Assembly (NCBI GenBank): GCA_002633005.1
Contig: NMRA01000258.1
Coordinates: 427,971-491,970 of the forward strand
Length of the DNA: 64,000 nucleotides
Origin: Phoronis australis
Taxonomy: Eukaryota > Animalia > Phoronida
Direction: 5' to 3'
Below, piece after piece: positions 46,972-59,432 of the stretch; within the stretch, counting starts at the first letter, position 1, and every line of letters starts with the position of its first letter. The position numbers were made by a program, and so were the translations under genes. A model generated the notes under the pieces. That model did not search any database, was not told where the DNA came from, and saw only the letters and a list, made by a program, of their open reading frames with translations.

Positions 46972-49900
46972 CAGGGCCGTAGAATTTCAGGCATCAGGGT
47001 TAAACCGTGGCAATACGCTTGGGTCGGAGACAGAAAAGAAAGACTGCTAAATGCGGATAAGAGAGAAAAATCAAGAAAACATTTAACAACTCTGTATCAG
47101 TCCATGGTTTACCTTTTGAGAATCCTGGCCAGGACGTTGTTGGGGCCCAGTCCGCTTTCGCAGCACAGGTCGTCTAAACGCACTTGAAAACGTGCACGTA
47201 ATGATTCATGTATATATTTTAAAAAATCGAAAAAATTTGTAAAGCGAAGCTTTTGTGGAGCGTATTAATTCACTGGATTTTTAAATTCATTTAGTCAATT
47301 TTGCTTCTGCAAAACCACATTTTTCTAGAAGCCCCTATCTGGCAAGGGATAACTGAGACAACTGTCGCTTTTTTCTCGAAATGTATATCATTTTAGAAAA
47401 ATTGATGAACTGACATGTATCATTAAATGCTGTGCATTTCTCGACTTATCAAAATATAGATACTTTCATACTGAGGGGCGCCAACCTTCAACCTTGAAGG
47501 AGGCCATTGGTAAAATTCAAGTGGCCACCCTTTTTATATTTTTATTGACAAATTCTTAAGGGTCCACTCATGAACAGAGGGTAAAAAGTTGGACTTGATT
47601 AGGACTACGTCTAGTTTCCTTTTTTGTGAAATCGTGCAACCGACTTTCATGTTGAGGAAGGTCACAACCTGCACCATCTTGTGACCACACGGCGGTGGAA
47701 TGAACTGTCACTCTTTTCCAAGCTTAATGATGTTAAGCTTTTCATAATTAAGGTGTCCTATTTCAGACGGGACCCTCTCTCGGTGGAGCAGTTCGGAGAA
47801 ATGTCTCTTTGTCCCTCTATACATGTAAAACCGACACTGCCAAATATTCACGAGGCAAGTTGTGATTCGACATTTATCAGAAAAAAAAACACTCGTGCAC
47901 AGCACAGCAGTACCGAGACATTCGACTCAAACAACCAAAAATGTGAAAAGATACAATAGGATTGACGGCCATCAAAAGGTAGTCGGAAATTTTAAAGAAC
48001 GTGAAGACCGCTGTTTGTTAATTGCTCACATGAAAAGGACTATTTCCGATGTGGTTAGTTATAAATAATGTTACTGGTTCCCATATTACCACAAGAATAG
48101 CATCTCTTTTGAAGATGGTTACTATGAGTTGTTTGTAAGGAATTCCCACATGTGGAAAACACTGCTGTCGAGGCTACCATTGGGGTTACCGTGTACATGT
48201 CGAACGAGTGTACTCAAATACTCGCCAAGTTCAACTCGTGAACCGTTATAGGTACCTCGGAATTGAGCAAAAATACATCTTACAATGAATGTTCAATCTC
48301 CATTTCCTCTAGTTACTCGTCAAAAATCTGCGAGCCTACAAGTGGAAAGTGCTTATAACATTCTGTTTTGTTCAACAAATTCGTTGGTTTCTGATCTTCA
48401 TGTTGATGTATCTACTAAAACCGACAGGTTAATAGATGATTTTTGGCAATTACAAGCTAATTCTTCAAGAAATGATTACGATTCAGGGAATTAAGTTGAA
48501 GCCTGAATATGGAAAAAACTCTCCGAGCCCCAAATAGTAAAGTGCACTTGGAGGCTTTTTCTCTATCTAAAATACCTCTCAAAGACATTGATGTAATTTG
48601 GACACTTTCCAAAATTTTACTCACAATTCAATTGACAATAAATGCATTGCTTTTTGACTTCGGTACAAGATTCGTTGTTTAAACTCATTAACAGGGGATC
48701 AAAAAGGAATTAAATCAAGGTAAAGGCATTGCTAATGGACATGATTGTTAGTTTCTGATTTACATGTTTATAAATCTATGAAAATGGAAGGATTGAGACA
48801 TGATTTTTTTGACAATAAGAAGCTAATTTTGTAAGAAATAACAATGCTTCAAGGAACTTAGTTCCAGGCCGACATTGGGAAAATTCGATCTATCATCAAA
48901 TCCCCAAAAATAAAAGTACACTAAACGATTTTTGCCTATCTGAAATAAGTCTCAAGGAAATCGATGAATTTCGGACAGCTCTATAAAGTGTCCCAAAATG
49001 TTCTCACAATTCAAATGACAATAAATTGTTTATTGGCTTAGGAACTAGATTACTGGGTTTAAGTTTAGAAACCGTAGTTCGAAAAAGAATTTTTAGTACT
49101 TGAACAAATAAAATCTATTTCATTGGTCATCAAATTGGAAAGGTTCTTTTTGCACTTCCTTGATGTTTTTAGTTTCCAGTAGTATTGCGCAGTGAATTTT
49201 TGTTCTTCAAAACTGAATCGTTTGCTTGCATTTTCCGCGCATACTACACATGGCATGCGCGCTCCCATCCTAAAATATAGGGGAGCTCGAATTTTTGAGG
49301 ATGTGGACCTTTTACTAAAGAAAAAATACGGAATACGGGGTTCGTTCAGGGCTATGAACTGTATATACGCCGAACTCCTCCCTTTTTACTGGACTTTTGT
49401 CTCGTTTTTCTCGGACTTTTTGTTTCTTTGAGGCGAACCTTTTTGCCCACTTTTCCAAATGGGGAGGGGTGCGTTCGAGCCCCCGTTGGGTGCACGCATG
49501 CAAGGATCACGTCAGGCCTGGCACATCCGCGTTAAAAATAAGGTGTAACCATGCAGTAAGCCTGCGTAGAAACTAAGTTACCAACGGGAACTGAATTTAA
49601 ACTCCAGACGTTGAAGTGTGTACATTTTTGGGACCTACACTGCATCATTTCCCCCAGCAAGCAGGAACTGGACTACCGGCTGTGTTTCATCTAGGGATTC
49701 TAAACAGGCGGCCACAAAGGCACTCATACCAGGCACCTCGGGACCTCACCTTCCAAAAATTACTTCACAGAATGGCCATAATAAAATAAAGTTTCCCCCG
49801 AAACTGGATCTAATAAAACAAACCTTGACCTTCAACCCAGAGCAGAGAGTCATAGGTACGAATCACTGTTGAAACCCAACTACAGTTACTTCAGCCAGCT

Positions 49901-50010
49901 CCCGGCTACCCGTCAGTATGCTGGTCCTAGACCCATTCTCTTGGCTTACTCTCCGTAAACTGTGGGTTCACGGTTACTCAAATCCTGATGCCGGCTGCAT
50001 CCCCGGTATT

Positions 50011-50083
<73 letters not shown>

Positions 50084-50131
50084 NAATTTGGTTTGTGCCC
50101 CCTCAACAATTTTTTCCTTCCTACGGGCCTG
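46972..50131. mobile_element. ~3.2-kb non-autonomous TIR element (1.8-kb version at 52205-53987)
   Basis: TIR cagggccgtag(gaag) / cttcctacgggcctg; contains a nested catgcg..ccca / tgggtgcacgcatg MITE at 49256-49500. Confidence 0.65.
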
Positions 50132-50559
50132 ATTATGACAAGCATAACAAGGTCGCGTTATGTACTCAGAAAGGAGGAATAGTCAGTTATACTGGGGAAA
50201 TAGTGGTGGGGTCATAGACATCTGAGTGTGACAGTGAATTTCAGTGTGGCGTGGCTATTCTGTGTGAAGCGCCAAAGGGTTCTTAAACATGTACCTTTCT
50301 GCGCCTAGAAATGTGCTTAATCTGCGGGTATAATCTACGTGTACGTTTGCTTAATCTACGCGTAGTTTTAGTTCTATAATAAGCGATCATCGTTCTGCTC
50401 CTACTCAACTCGCACTTTAAATTTGCTTAAGCGCGTAGTTTTACTTTATCAGCGCATACTGTTAGCCTTGGTACAAAGCTATGTAGGTCTACTAAATATA
50501 CAGCTAGCTGTATTTTGACGACAGTCTTCATACAGCTAGCTGACTGGCTAACTTTTAGN

Positions 50560-50945
50560 AGGAGGTGGGGGGATCTAGCAACAAGTACGCTCTACATCCA
50601 CCGGGCACGTTCGAAAAGTGCCCCACCCCAGCCCCGCATCCTTCCAGGAGTGTGGATGCCCAAGCACCGGGTTTCAACCCATTCGGTGAGAAGGGTTTAT
50701 TCGCTTCTAAAGACAAGGGTGATTACGTGCCCATGGATGTGACCCATCCCGTCGAGGACTCTCCTGTCCAGTACACGAAGCCTAGTCAGGCTCCAAAGTG
50801 GCAGCAATGGAAGCAGCAACAAGGCGTGGCTGGCAGCAACAGTCAGGGCAGCGTGAAGAGAGCTGAGGGGAACAATGTGCAAAACATGGGTAACGGTAAC
50901 ACTGTGAGGAGCCTGACAGGGCAGAGCTGGATGAACTATAAGTAG
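50560..50945 (+). other. Second copy of the 3' part of NKRF-like exon 24 (probable alternative haplotype)
   Basis: Starts immediately after N50559 and is near-identical to 45329-45714; it reads GAG where copy 1 has the TAG stop. Confidence 0.85.
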
Positions 50946-53900
50946 GGCCCAGTCACTGTGAAGATCCTGGCTGGACAGGGGTGGGTGAAGTGGGACCCAG
51001 ACACTGATGAGCCTGGCTGGACTGAGGTCTGAAAACTATATAAGTAGGACCCAGACACTGTGAAGCCAGGGTGGGTAAACGGAAAGTAGGACCCAGCCAG
51101 CCACCATTAAGCCTGTAGTCTATCAGTTGGCTGGATGAACTAGAACAAAGTGAGTTCTTGTAATATTGTCACTGTTGTAAAATTATTTCGGTTTTCATTG
51201 AGAAAAATAATTGAAGGCTTTACTAAGATATTTTAAGCACACTTTTGTTACTTTTTTGGCTATGTTATTTCTTCCATTTGACTTGGGACAAGTTTCTACT
51301 TTTGTAGTGGGGCAATCATTAAGATAAGTGCTACATACACTGAATACTTCTCCCACGTTTGTGAGTGGTCTCTCTGTTGTAGACTCACTGATATCTTTCA
51401 ATGCTAAGAAGATATGTATAAATGGGGCTTCATTAAGCTACTAAGTCTTATACAAGATTCATTTTGGACAATAAAAAGTTAATCAGTTTTCTGGATGGAA
51501 GTGGCAGTTTCTGATTTATAATGACTTAATTAAAATTATTGAAAAGGTTTGTTACAAAATTGGACTTTGGACTTGTGAAATGAAAGATTGTAAATAAAGG
51601 GATCATGTAAACCAGAAGGAGAATGGTTTTGTTTTGTTAAGTCAGGTGTGCTCTCTATGTTTATAGGCAGTTAAAGGTTTACCTATTCATATGGTACAGG
51701 GGCATATTATAAATGCGTGCATTGTGTTTGGAGTTGCACCATAAAAGCAACCCCATGATTTTTACACTTTGCTTTTATTGGTTGTTTCATACTATAAATT
51801 ACAATGCATAGACACAAAAATTTATAAGAGAAATGCCCAATTCAGTGGCAGATCTAGGATATTATAAGGGGGGGTGGGGGCAGCCAACATTTTGCCTGGG
51901 GCAATGGGGCAAAGCACGATTGCATGCGCGCACCCAGCCTAAAATATAGGGGACCCGAAGTTTTGGGTATGGGGACCTTTTTTTCTGAAATTCAAACGGA
52001 GGACTAAAAAAACTGGAAAACCATTGCGCCGGCGGGTTTGGTTGGACACACATACTAACTACACACATTGTTAAATCTTGTTCCAGCCGCATGTTATTTG
52101 CCGAATTTCTATAGTAAACTCAATATTTCATCACCCTCTTGCTGTTTTTTCTGCGGCAGCCAAAGGTAGGGGAGTGGGCATGCCCCCCTAAATCCGCTTA
52201 TGTTCAGGGCCGTAGGAAGCGGGGGGGGGGGCGCAAAAAAATTCAGGCAATTACAAGCTAATTTTTAAAGAAATGATTACGATTCAGGGAATTAAGTTGA
52301 AGCCTGAATATGGAAAAAAAAATTTATGATCCGAGCCTCAAATAGTAAAGTGCACCTGGAGGCTTTTACTCTATCTAAAATACCTCTCAAAGACATTGAT
52401 GCAATTGGGACACTTCCCAAAAATTTACAATTCAATTGACAATAAATGCATTGCTTTTTGACTTCTGTACAAGATTTGTTGTTTAAACTCACTAACAGAG
52501 GGTCAAAAAGGAATTTTAATTTAAAAATCAAGGTAAACGCATTGCTAATGGATTTGATTGTTGGTTTCTGATTTACATGTTTATGAATCTATGAAAATGG
52601 ACTGATTGAGAGATTATTTTTTTACAATAAGAAGCTAATTTTGTATGAAATAACAATGCTTCAATGAACTTAGTTCCAGTCCCGACATTGGGAAAATTCG
52701 ATCTATCATCAGATCCCAAAAAACGATTTTTGCCTATCTGAAATAAGTCTCAAGGAAATTGATGAATTTCGGACAGCTCTACAAAGTGTCCCAAAATGTT
52801 CTCTCAATTCAAATGACAATAAATTGTTTATTGGCTTAGGAACTAGATTACTGGGTTTAAGTTTACAAACCGTAGTTCGAAAAAGAAGTTTAAGTACTTA
52901 AACAAATAAAATTTAAGTCATTGGTCATCAAATTGGAAAGGTTCTCTTTGCACTCCCTTGATGTTTTGTTTCTAATAGTATTGCGCAATGAATTTTTGTT
53001 TTTCAAAACTGAATCGTTTGCTTGCATTTCCCGTGCATACTACACATGGCATGCGCGCTCCCATCCTAAAATATAGGGGAGCTCGAATTTTTGAGGATGT
53101 GGACCTTTTACTAAAGAAAAAATACGGAATACGAGGTTCGTTCATGGCTATGAACTGTATATACGCCAAATTCTTCTCTTTTTACTGTAATTTTGTCTCG
53201 TTTTCAGTCTCGGACTTTTTGTTTCTTTGAGGCGAACCTTTTTGCCCACTTTTCCAAATGGGGAGGGGTGGGGGCTTGTTCGAGCCCTCAGAGCCCCCGT
53301 TGGGTGCACGCATGCAAGGAACACGTCAGGCCTGGCACATCCACGTTAAAAATAAGGCGTAACCTTCCAGTAGGCCTGCGTAGAAACTAAGTTACCAACG
53401 GGAACTGAATTTAAACTCCAGACGTTGAAGTGTGTACATTTTTGGGACACACACTGCATCATTTCAATGACATCATTTCCCTCAGCAACCAGGAACTGGG
53501 CTGCCGGCTGTGTTTCATATAGGGATTCTAAAACGGCCACAAAGGCACTCATACCAGGCACCTCGGGACCTCACCTTCCACAAATTACTTCAAAGAATGG
53601 CCATAATAAAATAAAGTTTCCCCCGAAACTGGATCTTAATAAAACAAACCTTGACCTTCAACCCAGAGCAGAGTCATAGGTACGAATCACTGTTGGAACC
53701 CAACTATAGTTACTTCAGTCATCTCTCAGCTACCCGTAAGTACGCTGGCCCTAGACCCATTCTCTTGGCTTATTCTCCGTAAACTGTGGGTTCACGGTTA
53801 CTCAAATCCTGATGGCTGCATCCCCGGTATTACCCCTCCCCCATGCGGAAGTGGGGGGTCGGTACAACTATGGCGACATCCAGAGAATGGGGGGGGGGGC

Positions 53901-54424
53901 GATAGAAAGAGGGTAGGTTGGCGAAGTCAAATTTTGGTTTGTGCCCCCCCCCCCCACCCCAATAATGTTTTCCTTCCTACGGGCCTGATGTGAGTATATG
54001 ACAAGCATAACAAGGTCGCGTTATGTAACAACTCAGAAAGGAGGAATAGTCAGTTATAGACGGGAAATAGTGGTGGGATCATAGACATCATCTATGGGTG
54101 AGAATTTCAGTGTGGCGTGGCTATTCTGTGTGAAGCGCCAAACGGTTCTTAAACAAGTACCTGTCTGCGCCTAGAAATGTGCTTAATCTGTGGGTATAAT
54201 CTACGCGTACGTTTGCTTAATCTACGCGTAGTTTTAGTTCTATAATAAGCGATCATCGTTCTGCTCCTACTCAACTCGCACTTTAAATTTGCTTAAGCGC
54301 GTAGTTTTACATTATCAGCGCATACTGTTAGCCTTGGTACAAAGATGTGTAGGTCTACTAAATATACAGCTAGCTGTATTTTGACGACAGTCTTCATACA
54401 GCTAGCTGACTGGCTAACTTTTAG
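50560..54424 (+). repeat. Direct duplicate of 45329-50558 (likely uncollapsed allele)
   Basis: Colinear high identity with scattered SNPs and indels; both copies end in tggctaacttttag; the junction is a single N. Confidence 0.9.
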
Positions 54425-54721
54425 TCAGTTCATGTAGTCAAGTGACATCCTATTTTTACCATTAAAAATGGTCAGTTTCCGATTTGGGTATGACTGCTCG
54501 AAAAAAAAGTTTGGTACTTAGTTCGAGTTGGAAGTAATTAAATATATTTACGGCCTTCTAAGGTCCCTCTAAGCACAAAAGGTATATACTTACAACGTGA
54601 CTTGGATGATTTACTCGGTGTGAGACTTAAAGTACATGTACGCGTTGATTAAGTGCAAGATGGTGATCGTTTAAGAACTAAAAGTACGCGTAGATTAACT
54701 TGAAGCACTTTTCTTTGGCAC
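54167..54721. mobile_element. TIR element with aatctacgcgta subrepeats
   Basis: gcgcctagaaatgtgctt..taatctacgcgtac is mirrored by gtacgcgtagatta..aagcacttttctttggcac. Confidence 0.65.
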
Positions 54722-55447
54722 TTCATTATTCCAGAATATTTACTTTTGTCCGATTTTATTCAGGGGCGGATCCAGGATTTTTAGTTAGGGGGGCATGGCA
54801 TAGTATTAGCCAGAATTTTTCACAGCAGACATTCGCACCCCGGCCAGCCAGGAGCTGCCAAATGGAATCTGGGAGAATTTTAGCTGGGGCCATGACCCGG
54901 CCCCTTGGCCTCCCTCTAAATCCGCCACTGTCATGATTCCAAACACAAAAGTTCGCCACAATGTTACTTTAAGTGTTCGTTGGTTTTGGGTCAACACCGT
55001 GTATATATAATTGACGAAAATTGACTGTTTCATAGACAATTGATTTAACATTAGAAACTTGCAAGAATTTGATGCTTCAAGGAATTTAAATGCAGCTCCT
55101 TAAGAAATTGTTGTTTCGGCGAATGTTGAAGCAGGTTGAGTGTCATTTGTTCCCGTCCGGTAAGGCAGCTAACACTCTGGGCGGTGTTTCAAATGGAGGG
55201 TATATTGTCGTAGTCTCAAATATTCCACAGGGTGGTGAAAGGTATCTGCGCAAATGTGGTCCTAGGTCCTGTGACTGGCGAATGATGGGCCACATAATAG
55301 ATCATAAACGGAATTCGCAACTCCGACATTTTCTTGCGTGCCATCCCCAGAGGAGGCGTCACTCTCCTAAATTACCAATTTCGGTTAGTGTATTGTGACG
55401 GGCTGAAACGCTGTTCAAAATCTTTCAATAATAGAACTGTTGGTATC

Positions 55448-55871
55448 TAGGCAATGACCATCGCCTCTATTGGCCCGAACCAGAGCTAGGCGATGCAGCT
55501 CCTATATAGGCGCTCTNCCTGAGAGGGCGGGGACTTCAGCTTTCAAAGTTCGCCGGTAAAACCGCAACTTCTGACCTTCGGCCTGGTTAAAAAAAAAATG
55601 AAAATTTTGATTTCACGATTTTGGGAACTGAAATAGGGACTGCTCGAAGAAAAAGTTTCATAACGGGAGTATTTGTTCGAGTTGGAATTACACATCGACA
55701 ACCTCCTAAGGTGTTCCTTTATGCGCAAAAGGTATTTATAACAACGGTGACTTTGATGGTTTAGTCGTTGCGAGGCATAATTCGCCGAAAAGCTTCCAGC
55801 GTACAGAGCGCCTATAGGAGCTGCATGCATCGCCTCTGGTTCGGGCCAACAGAGGCGATGGTCATTGCCTA
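55448..55871. mobile_element. MITE with ~70-bp TIRs and perfect TSD gttggtatc
   Basis: gttggtatc|taggcaatgaccatcgcctct ... agaggcgatggtcattgccta|gttggtatc. Confidence 0.9.
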
Positions 55872-56239
55872 GTTGGTATCGTGAGTACTTTTGACATCCG
55901 ACCACACAACAGCTGACCATAGAATAGCAGACGTCGTACTTGCTGGAAGTAAAACTTGCTAATTTGACAGGTGTCGCTAGTGAATAATGACGTCACGGCT
56001 TGTGCGTAAACAATTTCGTCCATTGAAAATATACAGAGTTAGTGGCGGTCCATGTGTTTTTGGCCGAAAGCGGCCACATGACTGAAGTTTCGCTCAGGCT
56101 CTTCGTGCTCGATTATCAGGTTGATAAGCATTATTGTTTGTGCACCAACATTTATGGGTTATCACCTCCCGAGTACTCGTCCGCGACTACTTGATTGTAT
56201 CGTGAACCCTGATCAGTCACTCTTGGCAATGCTTCGAAG

Positions 56240-57251
56240 ATGGAGGGAACATCCAAGTTATTGTACATATTGGTTATTATATATACAATGTCCGGATTCA
56301 CGGACATCGACGCAGTCTGGGCGGAAATGCCTATATTGGTGCAACGTTTGCCAGAATACTGGGAATTACCGAGTTATTTCACCATTATCATCGCACTTGC
56401 CGCTGTGTCTACGATCGTGTACAGCGGCGTGCACAGATGCAAACCTGACGTCGTGAATGAAGTTTCTGTCCAGTACGGTTTGAACGCCACTTCGATATTC
56501 TGTTTCATTTTGTTGACGGTTTATTGGAGATCAACAGTTGAGATTGATGGAAAGACTCACAGTGTCATTTTCCTGATGATACTGTCATTACTGTCTTTAA
56601 AAACTCAGATGGCGCCGGTTGTGCTATTGCCTTATTTATCTCGATTTCCTTCGACGTATATATCAGCATTTTTCATTGGAGACGGAATGTGCGGAGTTGT
56701 GCCCTCATTCGTCTCTCTCATTCAAGGCGCGGGAGAATACAAATGCGTGAACATTTCGCTTGGGTATAATCGGACGAACTTCAGCAGTTCCTTCATTCAT
56801 CAGTCCGCAGTTTCTGAGAAACAACAGGTTATGTTGCCTCCAGTATTTTCCGTTGAGTTGTTCTTCATAGTAATTACAGTCGTGTTAGTGCTTAGTGCCG
56901 TGAGCTTTTTATTGTTACACCATCACCCGTGGTGCAAAAAGTTTCACGCAGAAGCAGACGACACGAAGCCAGATTCCGTTAGAAAGTCTGTACCGATCGA
57001 TACAGCTGACTCTAGTTTCGAATTATTTGCATCTGATATTGCTATACAGTCGCAAGAACATGTGCCCTTAAAACTCTTGACCACTGAAAATCGTACGCCG
57101 AAAATAGAGGAGCATTGTGAACAAAGTATTGTAACGACATCCAGATTGTCCAATACTGATAGATTATTTTTGTTATTTCAATTTGGTCTCAGCTATGGCG
57201 TCAATTATGGATTGGTGTATCCTGTTCAATCATTCTCACTTTTGCCTTACG
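56240..57251 (+). CDS. SLC52-like coding exon 1
   Basis: Long hydrophobic ORF; donor TAC G|gtgagt. Confidence 0.9.
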
Positions 57252-59385
57252 GTGAGTATAGCCCACACAACCTCCTCTTTTTTAGTGGGTGAATGCAATG
57301 GATTTATTTCCCTCAGTCTATGGTCTTCTGAAGCGCGGCTGTGCGTCTTAAGTTGGTGTCAGTGCCGGGTTCAAAATTAATAGTACATATCAACCTCTGA
57401 AAAAATTATCTCAGCGGTAGTTTTTCAACGTTGAAATTGACACTTGGTCACTATCATAGAACATGGAATGTTTGCTTACCTTATTCACCATTTATTTGAA
57501 ACTAAAATGAAAGTTCTGCGATTTTCAATAAAGCTTTCACTACTTGCTGAATATTTATGACAACGCCCAAACACGAGCGCACTCAAAGTCTTTAGTTGTT
57601 CTCTCCTGGTAAGGCGTCTTCTTCATGTTTGAAAACAAAGTTCCGTTTACAAATAAGTCATATCTTGCACCTGGTGAGTCACTTAAAATTTTTTCTTACA
57701 CGTATTAAAACATCTGTTCATAAAACTGAGTTACCGTCGCTGTCATAGTAGCAGTCAAATACTGCAACTGCTACGTTCAAACACTGAGGAACCGTGGAGT
57801 ACTAAGGTGAGCGCAAAGTATGGTGTGAATCAAAAAAGACACCAGTATTGTATGTTTGCAGGGAATCTGGCGTATTCTCTTGGCAACAGACTCGCCACTG
57901 TGGCGCTATCTGGTGGCGGTTTGCTCGGATTCTTCTTTCCGACACGCTCTACAAAGGTCATCACAACACATTTCGTCATCGGTTTTCTAGCTTCTGTCTT
58001 CGTAATGGTGCTTGCTGTGCTGAGTCCCAACCCACCGTTGAAAGGCAGCGTTATTGGGACTATAGTGTCGGTATGCAGACGTTTCAGACTTCACGAGAAC
58101 GCAACTGGTGTTTGTCTGCTCCGTTCCGTAGACCCAAGACACTCTTGAGTAAAGCTAGTGTGGCCACCTGCTCGCTTCTAATGCATGGCGATATGTCACA
58201 AAAGCGTTTTCCCATGATTCTTGCGTCTGCGGAGCCCGCAGCTCTAGTGCAGCCTTGCGTTGTTTTCTAGACACTGTTTTACGTTGTACGTCTCCCATAC
58301 ATTTCAAGCAGCCATATGTGATTTAGTTCAGACTGTTGCGTTTTCATTGTCGACGCGTTCTGGAATGAAGTAGTCTTGACTAGAGACAAATAACATAGAT
58401 TTGACATGTTGGTTGTAGATGTAAAGTGAACAAAAGTACACCGTCAACGTCACTAAGTTTGTTTTGAAAAAGGCGAGTTTTCTCTTAATATAATTTTACT
58501 TGAGGAGCCAAACGACATTGATCGATTTCTTCTGACAATCATTAACTCATTTCTGCGTTGTTTGGTTTGAAGTCTAAGACCTTGCGATAGGTAGCGGTAC
58601 GTGTGCCTTTTTAAAGCAGTATTAAATCTGTTTTGATTTAGGCCACTCGCCGTTACGAAATTAGTCTCAAGTTGCTCCTTAGTTGTAATAAATGGGATTT
58701 CTGGGCTCGGAAAGAATTGACAGTTCGTTGCTTTTTAAGACAAAGTTAAAAATAACCGGATTACGGTGTGAAAGTTACGTGTTTGGTCTGAAAAATGTCG
58801 ATCTGTCAGTCTTTCCCGAGCTCAGAAATCACTCTTATTTTATCTAACTAAAGGAAAATTTTGAGACTAATATTGGACTACAATTGTTTTGAAGGAATGC
58901 ACCAGTTTAATAGTGCTTCAAGGTTTTTCTAAACACTTGTTATTTTATGCAACTCTTGATTCTATCGTAAATCAAAGACAATTTTGATACCACGGTATGT
59001 AAAATTGAATTCCTAACAGTGTTTTAGAGAATTGTGTAAAAATCGGATCAGCTAAGGCGAGATACGACATTTTATTGAAATTATACTTGCCCTGACTGGA
59101 ACATGTTTCGCCCGCTTGTGACGTCAAGTCGTCACAATCTAGCGACAAATTACCAAGAACTAATTCAACTTTTTTTAATTGTAGGTTTCACCTTGGATTG
59201 TCTTGTCTGTTGCGTTCGGATACAACCGTGTTGGCATAGCAACTGTATTGAAAGAATCTGGCGGCAAAAACCAACTAATGTACGCTGGTGTTGCAAATGT
59301 TGTTGCAACCTTCATCTTAAGTGTTCTCATGTTTGTCCTGATCAACATTTTTCATGTATTTGAAGACATTCCTCCTTGTTCGTAA
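56240..59385 (+). CDS. SLC52A3: Solute carrier family 52 riboflavin transporter-like protein (RFVT/GPR172 family), 3 coding exons, 473 aa
   Basis: Exons 56240-57251, 57862-58070, 59185-59385 (1422 nt, phases 1 and 0). Family motifs W.E.P.LV..LPE.W.LPSY, FFIG.G..G..PS...LIQG.G...C, P.FSV..FF, Q.S.S.LPYG and A.LSP.PPL.G are present. The symbol means family likeness, not specific orthology. Confidence 0.9.
57862..58070 (+). CDS. SLC52-like coding exon 2
   Basis: gtttgcag|GG AAT CTG...TCG|gtatgc. Confidence 0.9.
58657..58872. mobile_element. Foldback MITE in SLC52-like intron 2 (related remnant at ~39655-39772)
   Basis: attagtctcaa...gatttctgggctcggaaaga / tctttcccgagctcagaaatc...ttgagactaat. 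Confidence 0.75.
59185..59385 (+). CDS. SLC52-like coding exon 3
   Basis: taattgtag|GTT TCA CCT TGG...PPCS TAA. Confidence 0.9.
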   Translation, partial: VSPWIVLSVAFGYNRVGIATVLKESGGKNQLMYAGVANVVATFILSVLMFVLINIFHVFEDIPPCS

Positions 59386-59432
59386 TAAAGTTTCTTATTT
59401 TGCAGTTTGTCTTTATACCATGGCAAGTCCCA

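Noticed and set aside
49918-50217. Polyproline ORFs
   Set aside because: They come from a 72-nt C run ending in N. The duplicate copy (53833-53930) has ordinary sequence there, so this is a sequencing/assembly artefact.
50565-50945. Independent 126-aa gene
   Set aside because: It is the truncated duplicate of NKRF-like exon 24, starting at an assembly N, with no promoter or true start of its own.
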